From: Eukaryota sp. TZLM1-RC
Taxonomy: Eukaryota; Protista; Metamonada: BaSk clade
DNA: 64,000 bases
Reading direction: 5' to 3'
NCBI GenBank assembly: GCA_040285825.1
Contig: JAUPSS010000010.1
Span: forward strand, 1 to 64,000
Shown here: piece after piece, positions 1-11,640 of the stretch
Layout: the number at the start of each line of letters is the position of its first letter
Position numbering within the stretch: the stretch's first letter is position 1
The notes under the pieces: generated by a model
What the model was told of the DNA's origin: nothing
The model's database searches: none
What the model saw: the letters and a program-made list of their open reading frames with translations, nothing else
Translations under genes and position numbers: made by a program

Positions 1-1300
1 AATGAAGTTGACAGTCTACGAGGCTGCGGACGTCTTTGATTGTCTTTAGTCTAAGTGAATTCAGCAAGATTCAACGCGAATTAGGATCGATAGTCCGTTG
101 TTTGTTTGCGACTTTCACTACCCAAGTATCATGATTGGGTGTCTGGAAGACTGAAATGGCACTGATCCAAAGGAAACTCTGCATCTGGCAATCAAGGACG
201 CGACAGGAGGCGTTCAATGGAATTCGTCGAGTTGAACCCATGATTATGATGTCATCTATGTAAATAGAGAACACCGTCTCCAGAAGATGTCAGCCATGAC
301 TGGAAAACGGCTGGGACATTCTTTTAGGCCAAAGCTGCACGTTTGAACATGATGCTTGCAGGAATGCTCAGGGCTGTCTGCCAATCACTTTCAGCAATCT
401 TAGGTTGCCAAAGGCTTTGGGAAGGTCAGAGGTGCCTATGGTTCGCTTGGGAGAGAAATACCAGCACATGGAGTACCCAGGCTCAACAGGAATGGTGTTG
501 GCGTTGACTCCGTCCTTGCCTATAATCACCAGTAAAGGCCCAGGGCTTACGGTGATCTGGAGTGAACTCACTAGACCAGGCAGGAGCTGAACTCATGGTT
601 CGATGGGACAGCCTTTCTAGTCTACGAGTTCGTCGAAAATTTGGTTAGCGACCTCTAGCCTGGCTGGATTCAGGGTCCTGAAGTCTTCTAACTCTGACGT
701 CTTCGACTGTAGCAAGTTGATTTCCATGGGAGGGCAATCAATACCTTCAGCATGAGGCTTGAGGGAGTAGCAAAACGTCTTCGAACTCTTTCAAAGTTTG
801 AAGTAGGGACCTCTTGAAATGGTCAGATTTGTCGAGGTTGATGGTGCAAACCAGATGAGTTGTGTTCCAACCAACGTGTGGAAACGTTGACTGACTTCTG
901 AAAGCTTGCGATATTCGATGGTCGAATTCGGCTTCAGGTAATAAGTAGTGTACGACAGGCGTCGTCCATTCTATGTAAAATGCCCCTTGTTGTTCATCAG
1001 CGCGACTCCAACAAGTCAGCACCAATGAATGGTCTCATGTCCAGGAACGATGCTGAACATGTGTTTCACGTGTACAATCTGCGTAACACTACCTAGTCTA
1101 ATGCTAAGGGTTCCAGAAGCAGTTCCAAGGGACTGTGAGGTAGTTCCATCAACAATCTTGTATGATATGGTTTCGTTGGAACGCCCCATGTTACAGTGCT
1201 GATGACGTCTTCCGTGACTACTGAGCATGTTGCACCAGAGTCAATATGCCTTTAACTTCGACATTGTTGATCAGAGTTTAATTGTAGGCAGTTGTGATTC
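1..1300 (-). pseudogene. pol: gypsy pol: aspartic protease and reverse transcriptase (frameshifted in this sequence)
   Basis: ORF fragments 1016-1228, 368-571 and 71-274; DSG protease motif and YIDD catalytic motif. Confidence 0.85.
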
Positions 1301-1439
1301 ATGGATTGTACCATAAAAATTGTATCACAATCATGCCATTTAAGTCGGCTTGTTCTGAGAAGAAGTTAGCCTGACTGTTGGGTATTTTAGTAGTTTCAAG
1401 TTGGCAAAGTGGATTGATTAGAGAATCTTTCCATGCTAA

Positions 1440-2961
1440 CTTTCTGTGTGTGGTTGTGTTGTTGTAGGGGTATGGTTTCCACAAGTACATAAATAGTGAC
1501 GGGAACGTTTATTGTAAGAAGAGCCTCTGCCTCTGCCGCGAGTACCCTCTTCGACTACGGAAACCAGAACCTCTAGAACTTCTACCTCAAAGCTTGTTGT
1601 TGAGCTTGTTGCTCTCTCCATTTCTTGCTCCTTTGGCAGTCTTCACTGGGACACCTTTCGGTCGGATGGCCTTTTGCTTACAGAAGTTGCATTGGACATC
1701 AGCGGCCTGGGCAACGGTGTGGTAGGCTTCCTCCTCTCTTACTTTGTTTGGGGCGTTTACCTGGACCAGAACCTCGTGATCTGGGGGATGTCAGGTGGGG
1801 AGGGAACGACCATGGGAGGGTCGGCGAGAGGCCTGCTGGTGATTTACTTGGTTCTGATAGGTGAAATCGACATGGTTTTAGCTGTTCCATGAACGATCTG
1901 GCGTTACAAAAATTCTAGTATTCAATTTGGAGAACACTAAAAGAATTCACCAAAAGGTGTGACCATCAGATGAGTAATGAGAGGAGAGGACCAGATCCTG
2001 AGGAGTCTGTTCCTGATAGGGATAATTCCTACGCTTTCTAGGACATGAGTAGCGACTACCCAGTCTGAAAGTCTATCCGCTGGAGGGGTGGAGCTTATGG
2101 AGAATGTTCTCAATTGATGAGAGATGCCCCTAAACTCTTGGATGGCAGTGAAGCGAGTCAGAACTCTGCCAATGTTGGACCATGAAAGTCAATCCATCTA
2201 TTGCCATAATCTCTTTCCGACTCAGTCCATGTTAGTTGCGAGGAGAGCTCGATTAGCCTCATCCAGTCTGCTGAATTGGGTTCTTCTCAGAATTTGAGCC
2301 CCAAATTATGCGTTCGTCTCTTGAGGTAGGAACCGTGGGAGAAGACATAGCTAGGTGAGCACCTTGATATCTTAACGCATTTTAGCACCTCAGGGGTGAC
2401 ACATTCAGCGAGGCCTCGGGGTTGATCCTCATGGCTTTGACGGAACAAGTCCCATTCGTGAACTGGTTCTCCAGTGATGTTACCAAAATACTCATTTGTC
2501 GATGGTTGGGAACCTTCTCTAGCTGGTTCTAATTCTTCACGTAGTCTGGCAACTTCGTTGGCTAGAGCTATCTGGGCTGGATCCTCAACGTTGCCTCTTG
2601 TTTCTCTTAGGACTCGGTCGGTACGACTCCAGAGAATGAATTTGTTGACAAACTTCAGAAGTTTATCAGCGTCTCTCAAATCGGAAAGCTTCAAGATATG
2701 GACGTTTAAGGCGGTCCCCTACGTCTGTCATCTCGATCTCTTGATCCAATCATTGAAGAAAGAGAAGGCTACTTTCGTATGTGCCTGAGAAGGGTGATTG
2801 ATGAGGAGGAAATAGAGGTTGTTGAACCTGTCGTGGAAGGTGTAGGTTGGGGTTGAGGGGCTCGACTAACGGGAGTGATGGGAGCAGGTACTGCATCAGA
2901 AGATGTGATGGGAGTGGGTGATTCACTGCTCACAGTGATAGCGTCGTCGTCGGCTTGTTCC
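1440..2961 (-). pseudogene. gag: gypsy Gag-like region with CCHC knuckle and RGRGRG basic tail
   Basis: ORF pieces 2769-3068, 2287-2694, 1436-1621; CX2CX4HX4C at ~1650-1695; located upstream of the protease. Confidence 0.7.
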
Positions 2962-2979
2962 ATAGCAGATTGGTTGGGA

Positions 2980-4833
2980 TTAGGGGTTTCCGTGGTAGAA
3001 AAATGAATCAGTTTCCATAGGAGGTTGTGATGATTCAGAAGCTTGAGCGGAGGAAGATGGAGCTTCACTCCGTTGAGGTTGGGGTTGAGGCAGAAGGTTC
3101 TGTCTCTTCAATCTGGGCTGGGACCTGATAAGAAGAGATCGCTGGTTGGACCAAGCGTGTCTTTTCAATTCGACCTTCAACCATGACCCATTTTTAACAT
3201 CCTGGATTCTATGCATCCAGGGGAAAACCGTGACGAGCTGGAGAGTTCTTTGAAGATTGCCCGATCTTCTGTGGTCAGGACCACAATATGAAGCTATATG
3301 GTCAGGACGTCTGTCGTAAAGGAAGAGTCTTTCACCATATGTGGTTTCGGTAAACCACCACCCTGTTCTATAATCTCTGTCGATGAGGATATCGAGAGAT
3401 GCGTTGTACCCAGGGCTGAACCTAGGGTATGGGCAAGGGTTGTGAACATTTATGAAGAGGTTGTCTTCTTCTCCAGCGAAGCGTCTGAATACTCCTTCTC
3501 GAGTAGTTCTCATGAACCTAACTCCGGGTCTTGGTTCATAAGTTGGTTCAGGGTCATTCCTGGAGGTTTCTGGGGTGATCCTTTCATCGGAAAGAAATGG
3601 ACCAATTCTGGGAGAGATCCATAATCCTAAGTCGTTCTCGACTTTGGGACCGTAGAAAGGAGGCCGTTTATTGCTCATTTCCGTGGGAGGATGGCTTCTG
3701 GATCCCCTGGAATGACTCGTGTGTCCCTATATCTAGCGTAAGGGTTGTGCTGACGGGAAGCACCATGATAAACACTTGAGCTAGCGTAGGAGCTAGTTTG
3801 AGAAGGGGTAAGTTGAGCAGGTGTAGAGGATGTTCCTCTTCTAGCTTCAATCTCTCTGTCCAATCTTTTTCTGTGTTCCCAGTTTCGTTCTTCTTGGAGA
3901 AAACGCTCTATATATTCTTTAGAGACCTCACCAGGAATTTTTGTCAATTTCAGAAGAAGGTGCCGTGGGAGGGACCTGATGTTGAGGTAGAGGGAGAATT
4001 CCTTTGGGAGGTTCCTCGTACTCAACCAAATCTGAAAAAGATTTGTTCGTACCTTTTCCTTTGCTCTTCGGAAAGATACAGAAGGAAGGTTAGAAAAGGC
4101 TAGGAATGGGATCACTAGCCTGGTGAGGGGAAACAGATAGATTATTAACTCCACTAACTGTTGAAGTCAGAGGAGACCCTGAAGCTGGAACAGCAGGATT
4201 TTGAATGTTCCTCCTAACAGTTGGAACTGGAGGGAGGAGCTGTTGAGAATGAGAGGGTGGAACCTCAGAACTAGATGGAAGGGATGAAAAATGGTACTTA
4301 AATGGCCTTCTTAGAGGAGGAAGAAGGTTGGTCTTCCAATCCTTCCTTTGCGGTGAGAAAAGGTTGAACAGTCTCTGCTCTGAGTAGAAGGTGAAGGTGG
4401 TACTTCAGAGCTTCTTTCAGGGAGGGGAGAAGATGGGACTTCAGATGCCCTCAACTGTGAAGGAGGAAGAGGAGCAACGAAATCCTCTACATCCTCGTCG
4501 TCGTAGAAGACCAACGAAGGACTTATTCCTTCCGAAGGAACAGAATCCTTGGGAGGGTTGTCTCCTTCCACAGGAACGGATTCCCGAGGAGGGGAACTTC
4601 CTTCCATGGGAACGGAATCCTCTGGAAGGGAACTGTCTTCCCTTTGGGATGGAACCCTCAGGGAGAGTTGCTTCAGGAAGCGCAGAAGCTTCAACCGAAG
4701 AAGGAGGCACGGAAGCTGGGTCTGTGGTTAGTGGTGAGGAAGAGGGACCAGTCTCTTCCTCGTGGATCCTACGTCGAGCCTCAGGGGACCCAATACGTAT
4801 TGATGGTCTTGGCTGTTGGTTATTGTCTGACAT
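2980..4833 (-). CDS. Extra coding region upstream of Gag, unknown function (broken into ORFs 4441-4833, 4311-4694, 3675-4154, 2980-3678)
   Basis: Consecutive overlapping minus-strand ORFs from the ATG at 4833; Pro/Ser-rich start and a 232-aa aromatic-rich segment. Confidence 0.55.
4525..4665 (-). repeat. Degenerate 36-bp (12-aa) coding repeat, ~4 copies
   Basis: SSLPEDSVPMEG / SSPPRESVPVEG / DNPPKDSVPSEG; ccttcc..ggaac.ga.tcc recurs every 36 bp. Confidence 0.8.
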
Positions 4834-4837
4834 ACAA

Positions 4838-4955
4838 TGTAGAGTAACAGAAGTGTAATTTATTACGAAGAGGAATTGTATTCTCTCTTCTTAAGCTAAC
4901 AGGCAGAATACTAATAACTAAAACTATTAACTATAAATACTATTCAAGACTAACA
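4838..4955 (-). repeat. Candidate short (118 bp) 5' LTR
   Basis: Minus strand begins TGTTAG where family A homology (..ctcatag) stops, contains AATAAA near its end and ends ..CTCTACA, 4 nt before the first ATG (4833). The second LTR is outside the window. Confidence 0.6.
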
Positions 4956-7905
4956 CTATGAGGGATTTACACATACAATATAACTGGTCTCTTACAGCAT
5001 CATGAACCTTGCTTCTAAAAGTAATAAAAATGTTTACAATTTTAACAAATGAGTAGTTGTAATTTCTCGAGAACATTTACAAATTAAATTATGAGGTAAA
5101 TTATCAGGCCAGATAAAGGACCGAAATCTCATATTCAGAGTCCAAAGCAGAATCGGATAAGAGAGTACCATAAACTTGTGGAATTGTTGTTACTAAGGCA
5201 GAAGAAGTACTGTCACACATATCTTGTAAAAGATTTGCAAAAAGCGGGATTCTTTTTCTTGGCCAAGCCAAGTCTAACATCAAAATCCAAGCTTTCAAAA
5301 ATCTTTGACAATTTTTGTTGAAGCTTTTTACAGCAAAACTGTAAATTAAATAGAGATCGGTTTGGAATTTCTTGAATTGATTGAGGAAAACATTTGGTCC
5401 AAATTTGTGGCGGTAATTTTTCAAGTTCACAAGATAACTCATACAAATAGGGACTACAATTGGGGACTAACAGATGAGAATCATCAGGAAATCTACGAGA
5501 AAAATTCATAAATAAAATTTTTGCCACCACCCAAGAATGCTGATTGACACAAAATTGAAGATTTAGTAAAACCAATACCACCCAAATTGGCTGAAGAAAA
5601 ATAAATGGCTTTTTCAACATTCCTGGTTCTACATCCAATAAATCAGCAAAAAAATTCTGTTCTCAATGAATTGAATGAACGACAAAAAAATCTAATGCTA
5701 TGGAAGGAGCACAAGATCTCAAAATGTGGGTTATTCTCCCAGTGTAGCAAATTTTAAGCATGAAAAATTTAATATGCTTTTCTATATCTAAAGAAGAAAT
5801 TGAATCAAGTTCAATTTTTCATTTTTTTCCAAAATAACTTGCAATTCATTCTGAATTTGAGGCACATTTCTAACCAACAACCAAGGAACTTAAAAAAACA
5901 TCACTACTATAATTAGTAAAAGGGACAATAGAATCGTTTATCACGAGGTCTTGAGCAGAAGAGCCAATCAGAAGGCATTTTGCTGGCATTAAGATGAAGC
6001 CCAATATTTTCATATGAATCGGCAATTTCTTGAGCAACCAATTCTAGTAAATCAAATGAACCAATCAAGGATATATCATCCATATAAGCAACTATTTTTT
6101 TATAGAAGGGTATTTTTGCTTAATGATATTTAAAGTTTTGTGAATAGCTAAAACAAAAACAATAATGGGCCTACAGGATCTCCTGCTTCACTCCAGAAGA
6201 TGATTTAAGACCAAATGAATTAAAAATTAAATCTGATTCTTTCCCATAAAAATGGTAGAAAAACTCGATAGCTCAGGAAAAATCAGATTTAATAACTTCA
6301 AAAATTGCTTCTCGCTTTACAGAATTAAAAAGCATTTTTAAAGTCGAGATTAAAAATAAAAATTATTTTCCTCTGCATTAAAAAAAGGTATCAGAGGCAA
6401 TAGCAGCAACAGAAGCACCATCAATTGTTTTGATTCCAAATTGATGAGGATTCAAAAAATGTAGAAGCTTTGTCTTTGACACGATCGAAGACAATTGATG
6501 CTAGCAAACGAGAAAGAGATTCACCAACAGCAATTGGGCGTATTCCATCAGGTTTGATTCCGTTTTCAGGCTTTACTAACGCAATCAGACGTGCTGCGAG
6601 TAATTCAAATGGAGGATTAATTTTCAAAAACAATTAATTGTTGAAAAATAATGGGCTAGATCATCAGCAATTTCGGGAGCACTGGAACACGCTATTTTTA
6701 ACAGATCAAAAGAAACTTCAGATGGGCCTGCTGCTTTCCCCTTTGGCAATTTTTGAATAGCTTTAAGAACTTCAATTGCAGTAATAGGATTTTCAATCCA
6801 AAAAGGACACACTTCAGGCTTGCTGCACTTGAAATTTTTCTTGAGGATGCAACTTTTGAAGTTTTTCAAGGGTATCAGAGTTTGCATCAGCCAAAGAAGA
6901 GGAAAAACAAAGACTGCTTTGCGGCACCATAACGACCACGTAAGCACAATTTTCGGCAAATTTTTGATTTTTACAATTTTTCTATTTCCAAATTTTTTCT
7001 TAAAACAATTTTTGTTTTTCAGCAAAATATTTCCAGAAGGATGAAAGATTCGACTTATTATTTTTCAATTCAGAAGTAAAATTTCTCATTTCCATTGAGA
7101 AGGGGATTGTGCTGGCGGGACTTATTTCTACTGGGATCCGGATCGGGGGTCTTACGGTATCAACGGCTTTTTACAATTCGTACAAAACAGAAGTTTTCGA
7201 CCATTTTCGTGAATCTGCAACATCCTTTTTGCAAAATGGACAACAAAAATCACTGTTTTCAGAAGGGGAAGAAGAGGGAACACTAAAAGCATTTAACTGT
7301 TGATCGTCAGAAACATTATTTTCAGCACCTTTCACAACGGCAACAGCTGGAACAGAACATTTGAGAATTTGTTGAGCAGATTTTAATTCAAATTCTCTTT
7401 TTTGTTTTTTTCAGGGCACGTTCTCGAATTATGACCACTGATACCACAAATCGAACATTTTTAGAACCTTTTAATGGCAGTGGTTTCATTTTTTTCAGTT
7501 CTTTCAATTTTGTCAATTTGTGAGTTAAAAAGTAGAAAGAGACTTTGACTTTTGCAGTTTCCAGCTGGAGAAAACAAATTTCGAGAAACGGAGTTGTTAA
7601 TAGAACGCGCAACAGAACGCAAGGAACGTAATGGTGGTTTTTTTCTGTGTTTTTTTCTGGTACAATGATCAGTTTTTGAATGAAAATTTTTTTGAGATGA
7701 ATTTCGAGCATAGCTTGTATTGTGGGGAGAGTGGGGAAGTGGAGAGGATGAGCTTGATCTGACTGGTAGAATCTTTGCTTGGGCGTTCCAATCAGTATCA
7801 GAGTCACTATCAGCCAAAGGCATCGTTTTGACAGAGAAACAGTACGACTTTGACGCCTTGACAGAAAGTGAAATATGAAAGGGTTGACTAAAGGAGGGAG
7901 AAAAA
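4956..7905 (-). mobile_element. Family A RLE non-LTR retrotransposon with intact 5' end; 3' part cut off by the gypsy insertion
   Basis: 5' T-tract-CTCCCTCC leader, MPLADSDSDTDW start, CCHC knuckle, RPIAVGE, YMDD, up to HDAVRDQLYCMC. Confidence 0.92.
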
Positions 7906-7910
7906 GGGAG

Positions 7911-8835
7911 GGCGAACATGTTTCAATTCTTTTTAAAAGGATTTGCATACTTTTTCCGTTTGTACAATTCGGAGTCATCAAGGGGGATACTTCGGATTGA
8001 GCATTTTTTTCAAGGCATTTTTCTTGCAAACATCCACTGTTACGACATCAACAACATTCATGACATCATCAAACGAGGGCACAACAACATCAGCACGTCG
8101 TTTTCCATATTCTGAATCTCTTACGCTTTCATTTATATCAAGAGACCTCAACAAAGGTTCTACAAAAAGATTCAATATGATAGGAATTACACATTGCATG
8201 GATTTGATCTCTGACTGCATCATGCAACGTAGAACGATAGGAAATATATCTATTACAATTAAATAAATGTGATAATGTCAAACCAGCTCCACATTTACAA
8301 AACAAATCATTGGGCAAATTACAAGGCCATAAATAACAACGCATTCTCATAGCAGTGGTCCATTGGTCGTCATTCAAAAAAATAGACCATAAATCTGGGG
8401 AATTTGATTTATCAAAACTGCAGATGAACTGTCCTTCAAATTAATCAAAAAATTGGCAAAAGCAGGATTTTCTTTCTTAGCCGTGCTAAGTCGAACAATG
8501 AAATCCTTGTTTTCAAAATTTTTCAAAAGATGTCGTTGGAGCTTTTTCAACGCAAATTTTAATGAATATAAACTTCTGTCTGGAATTTCTTGAATGGATA
8601 TGGGGAAACATGATTGCCATAAGTCGGGAGATAAACTGGATATTTCTTCTCTTAAGTTATCCAGGAATAGGCTATTTGTATTTTCAAGAAGATTTTCGGC
8701 AAAAGGATATCTTCTAGAGAATTCAAATACAAAATTTTTTCCACCACCAATAAATGCAGCTTTGGTCAAATATTTTGATGAATTGAATCCAACACCGCCA
8801 AGTTGAACATCAGAAAAAATATGATTTTTCAAAAT
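7911..8835 (-). mobile_element. Family B internal/3' fragment (RT thumb, zinc knuckle, RLE)
   Basis: ORFs 8374-8853, 8138-8377, 7978-8223 match the full-length B copy at 11641-15007. Confidence 0.9.
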
Positions 8836-9029
8836 TATCGTGTTTACTGGCAAAACAGGATTGTATTTTCTATTTTTAAGGGAATGGTGAAACTGATTTC
8901 TGATTCACTTTCTTCTTTTGGGAAATTTTCTGAATCTTTAGCAATTAATTGTTTTGATGTAGGGGAGGCAGGTTTTGAGGATGTAGAGTTTTAATTGTGT
9001 ATTTCATATTTGTTGTTGAATAAAAATAA
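8836..9029 (+). mobile_element. Family C 3' end
   Basis: YWQNRIVF..GEAGFEDVEF-stop followed by the C 3' UTR with AATAAA. Confidence 0.88.
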
Positions 9030-9548
9030 GGATGATGTAAAAAACTGATAACATCATCCTTTGAAACATCAATTTGGAGACAAATTAGTTCTCTTCTCAC
9101 AAGCATTTTGTTTATTGTTCAATTTGACTTGACCATCAGCAGATGTTCGCATTTCTCTTCTCATGAAAAGCTTGCTGTCGCCTTTAAACCGCTCTTGGAG
9201 CTTCTCAGACGGCCGCTTAGTAATGGAAATAGAAAGTTTGTGATCTCTTTACTGAAGGTTTGGTTAGTTGTTCTTGAGATAGAATTCTCATTCTTCTTAT
9301 TGGATGTTGTTGCTGGTTCAAACAATCGTATGTGTGATGAAAAGCTTGCTGTCGCCTTTAAAACGCTCTTGGAGCATCTCAGACGGCCGCTTAGTAATGT
9401 CAATCATGTACTTTTTTGCTTTGTGCTGGTTGTTCAGTGTCTTTTTGGAGTATTGACTACTAGTAGTGGAGTAGTTGGATGAGGAATTTCTGAATTGTCG
9501 TAGTATTTAGCTCATTTAATAATAAAAGTATTTTAAGGTAAAAAAAAT
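9030..9548 (+). other. Orphan poly(A)-tailed sequence with an internal 63-bp direct repeat (9163-9225, 9337-9399)
   Basis: No similarity seen to families A-F; ends AATAAA..ttttaaggt-A8; the two repeat copies differ at 2 positions. Confidence 0.7.
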
Positions 9549-10365
9549 TGTGCCAGAAATTGAAGTTCAATTCTTTTCCTGCTCTTTTTTTTATTAAACT
9601 TCTGAAACCTTCAAGAAATTTAATGCCAGATATTCCAATGTTACCAAAAAGAGAAACAGCAAATGGAACCAACTGATACTTGACATGATCAACACGTCCT
9701 AGCTGAGATAAGGGTTCATTGTACATTTTGATTTTTGCTCTTTTTCAGCAAAAGCAAAGTGGAGTTTCATCTCCTTTAGCAAAAATCAATTGCTGAGTCT
9801 TTACAAACATCAACAGTGACAACATCAACAACTTTAATAACACCATCAGACCCAGGGGTAATTAAATCAGCACAGCGTTTCCCAAAAATAAAATTAAATT
9901 TTAAAAAGCGTTTCCCAAAAGTATTTTTCATCTTCATTTTTCAGATGACAACCTTCGCACAAGTGGTTCAACAAAAAGCTTCAATGTGATGACTTTTTTG
10001 CACATAGCGTATATTTGGTCTCTAACAGCCTCGTGAATAACTGAGCGATATGTCATATTAAATTTGCAATTAAATAAATGATTCAGATTAATGAGCTGAC
10101 CACAAAGACAAAATCAAATCATTTGGCACACTACATGGCCACAGAAAACACCTCATCCTAAAGGCAGTTGTCCATTGATGATCATTTAATTATAGACCAT
10201 ATACATTTGGAATCTGGGAAATAAGACAACTTTGTGAGGAGAGATGCATTCAATTTCATTCTGCAAGAACATTAAATAGTCACTAACACAATATTCTATT
10301 AAATGTTGGTTTTCAGGAAAAACGTTTCAAAAAAATTCAAAAACGAAATTTTTGCCTCCACCGAT
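9549..10365 (-). mobile_element. Family D 3' fragment (continues at 15919-16012 and 16229-16650)
   Basis: KYNEPLSQLGRVDHVKYQLVPF; matches D at 50849-51845; rejoined through TSD 10339-10365/15919-15945. Confidence 0.88.
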
Positions 10366-11640
10366 TTTAAAATTTAGTTTTATTCTAAAACCTATAAATC
10401 AACATCTAAAAAAATCCATCTCTCCCAAAACAAAAAAACACTAGATGCAACTCTCATAGTGAGATCCAAGAGAAAGCAAAGCATCAGAAACCATCTTGAA
10501 CATCCCCTTAAAAATAGAAAAACACAATTCTGTTTTTGCCAAAAACAATCTGTTGAAATTTCTGCCAGTTCTTCTCTTTACAATCATTTCAAAATCATCC
10601 AAAAAAACGTAAAGCAGTTGGTGCAAGTGAACCAAAAAAAGGGAAAAATACAAATGGATACAAATTGTATTTTGCATGCTGTAGACTGGGCCAATTTGGA
10701 CAAAGGTTCATTGTATTTTTGAATTTAAAATTTTCAGCATTTGAAAGGGATTATGAATTTCAGAATTAACAAGCCTTTCATTTGAGGCATTACAAGGATC
10801 AACAGACATTACATCCAATAAAATGAAGCTTCCATCTAATCCAGGTAATATGACATCACCTCTATTATTCTTATGAAAAATCATTTTTCAGCATCAAACA
10901 GATTTGACAACATAGGTTCCAAGAAGGATTCAATTCTATGAGATTTACACATACAATATAACTGGTCTCTTACAGCATCATGAACCTTGCTTCTAAAAAG
11001 TAATAAAATGTTTGCAATTTAACAAATGAGTAGTTGTAATTTCTCGGGAACATTTACAAATTAAATTATGAGGTAAATTATCAGGCCAGATAAAGGAACG
11101 AAATCTCATATTTAGAGTCCAAGCAGAATCGGATAAGAGAGTACCATAAACTTGTGGAATTGTTGTTACTAAGGCAGAAGAAGTACTGTCACACATATCT
11201 TGTAAAAAGATTTGCAAAAGCGGGATTCTTTTTTTCTTGGCCAAGCCAAGTCTAACATCAAAATCCAAGCTTTCAAAAAATCTTTGACAATTTTTGTTGA
11301 AGCTTTTTACAGCAAAACTGTAAATTAAATAGAGATCGGTTTGGAATTTCTTGAATTGATTGAGGAAAAACATTTGGTCCAAATTTGTGGCGGTAATTTT
11401 TTTCAAGTTCACAAGATAACTCATACAAATAGGGACTACAATTGGGGACTAACAGATGAGAATCATCAGGAAATCTACGAGAAAATTCATAAATAAAATT
11501 TTTGCCACCACCCAAGAATGCTGATTGACACAAAATTGAAGATTTAGTAAATCCAATACCCCCCAAATTTGCTGAGTCCCATTAGTTGTGATTAGTTCAT
11601 TAAGTGTTGTAGTTCAATAAAAACGTTTATCGGATACAAG

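Larger units (their letters stand above)
1..4955 (-). mobile_element. Ty3/gypsy-type LTR retrotransposon, 5' portion (continues beyond position 1)
   Basis: Minus-strand order: Gag-like region, CNFCKQKGHPTERC zinc knuckle (~1650-1695, one frameshift), IDSGATCSVV protease (~1215-1245), RT motifs DLPKAF, FGLKNVPAVFQ, FSIYIDDIII. RT directly after protease is the gypsy order. GC content is clearly higher than the rest of the window. Confidence 0.9.

Noticed and set aside
9161-9190. HEKLAVAF resembling the DYW deaminase HSEKLA motif
   Set aside because: No downstream CxxC or other DYW features; too short to support.
9163-9399. Hammerhead ribozyme, SECIS or CRISPR interpretation of the 63-bp repeat
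   Set aside because: No CUGANGA/GAAA core in the correct arrangement, no convincing SECIS quartet, and only two copies.
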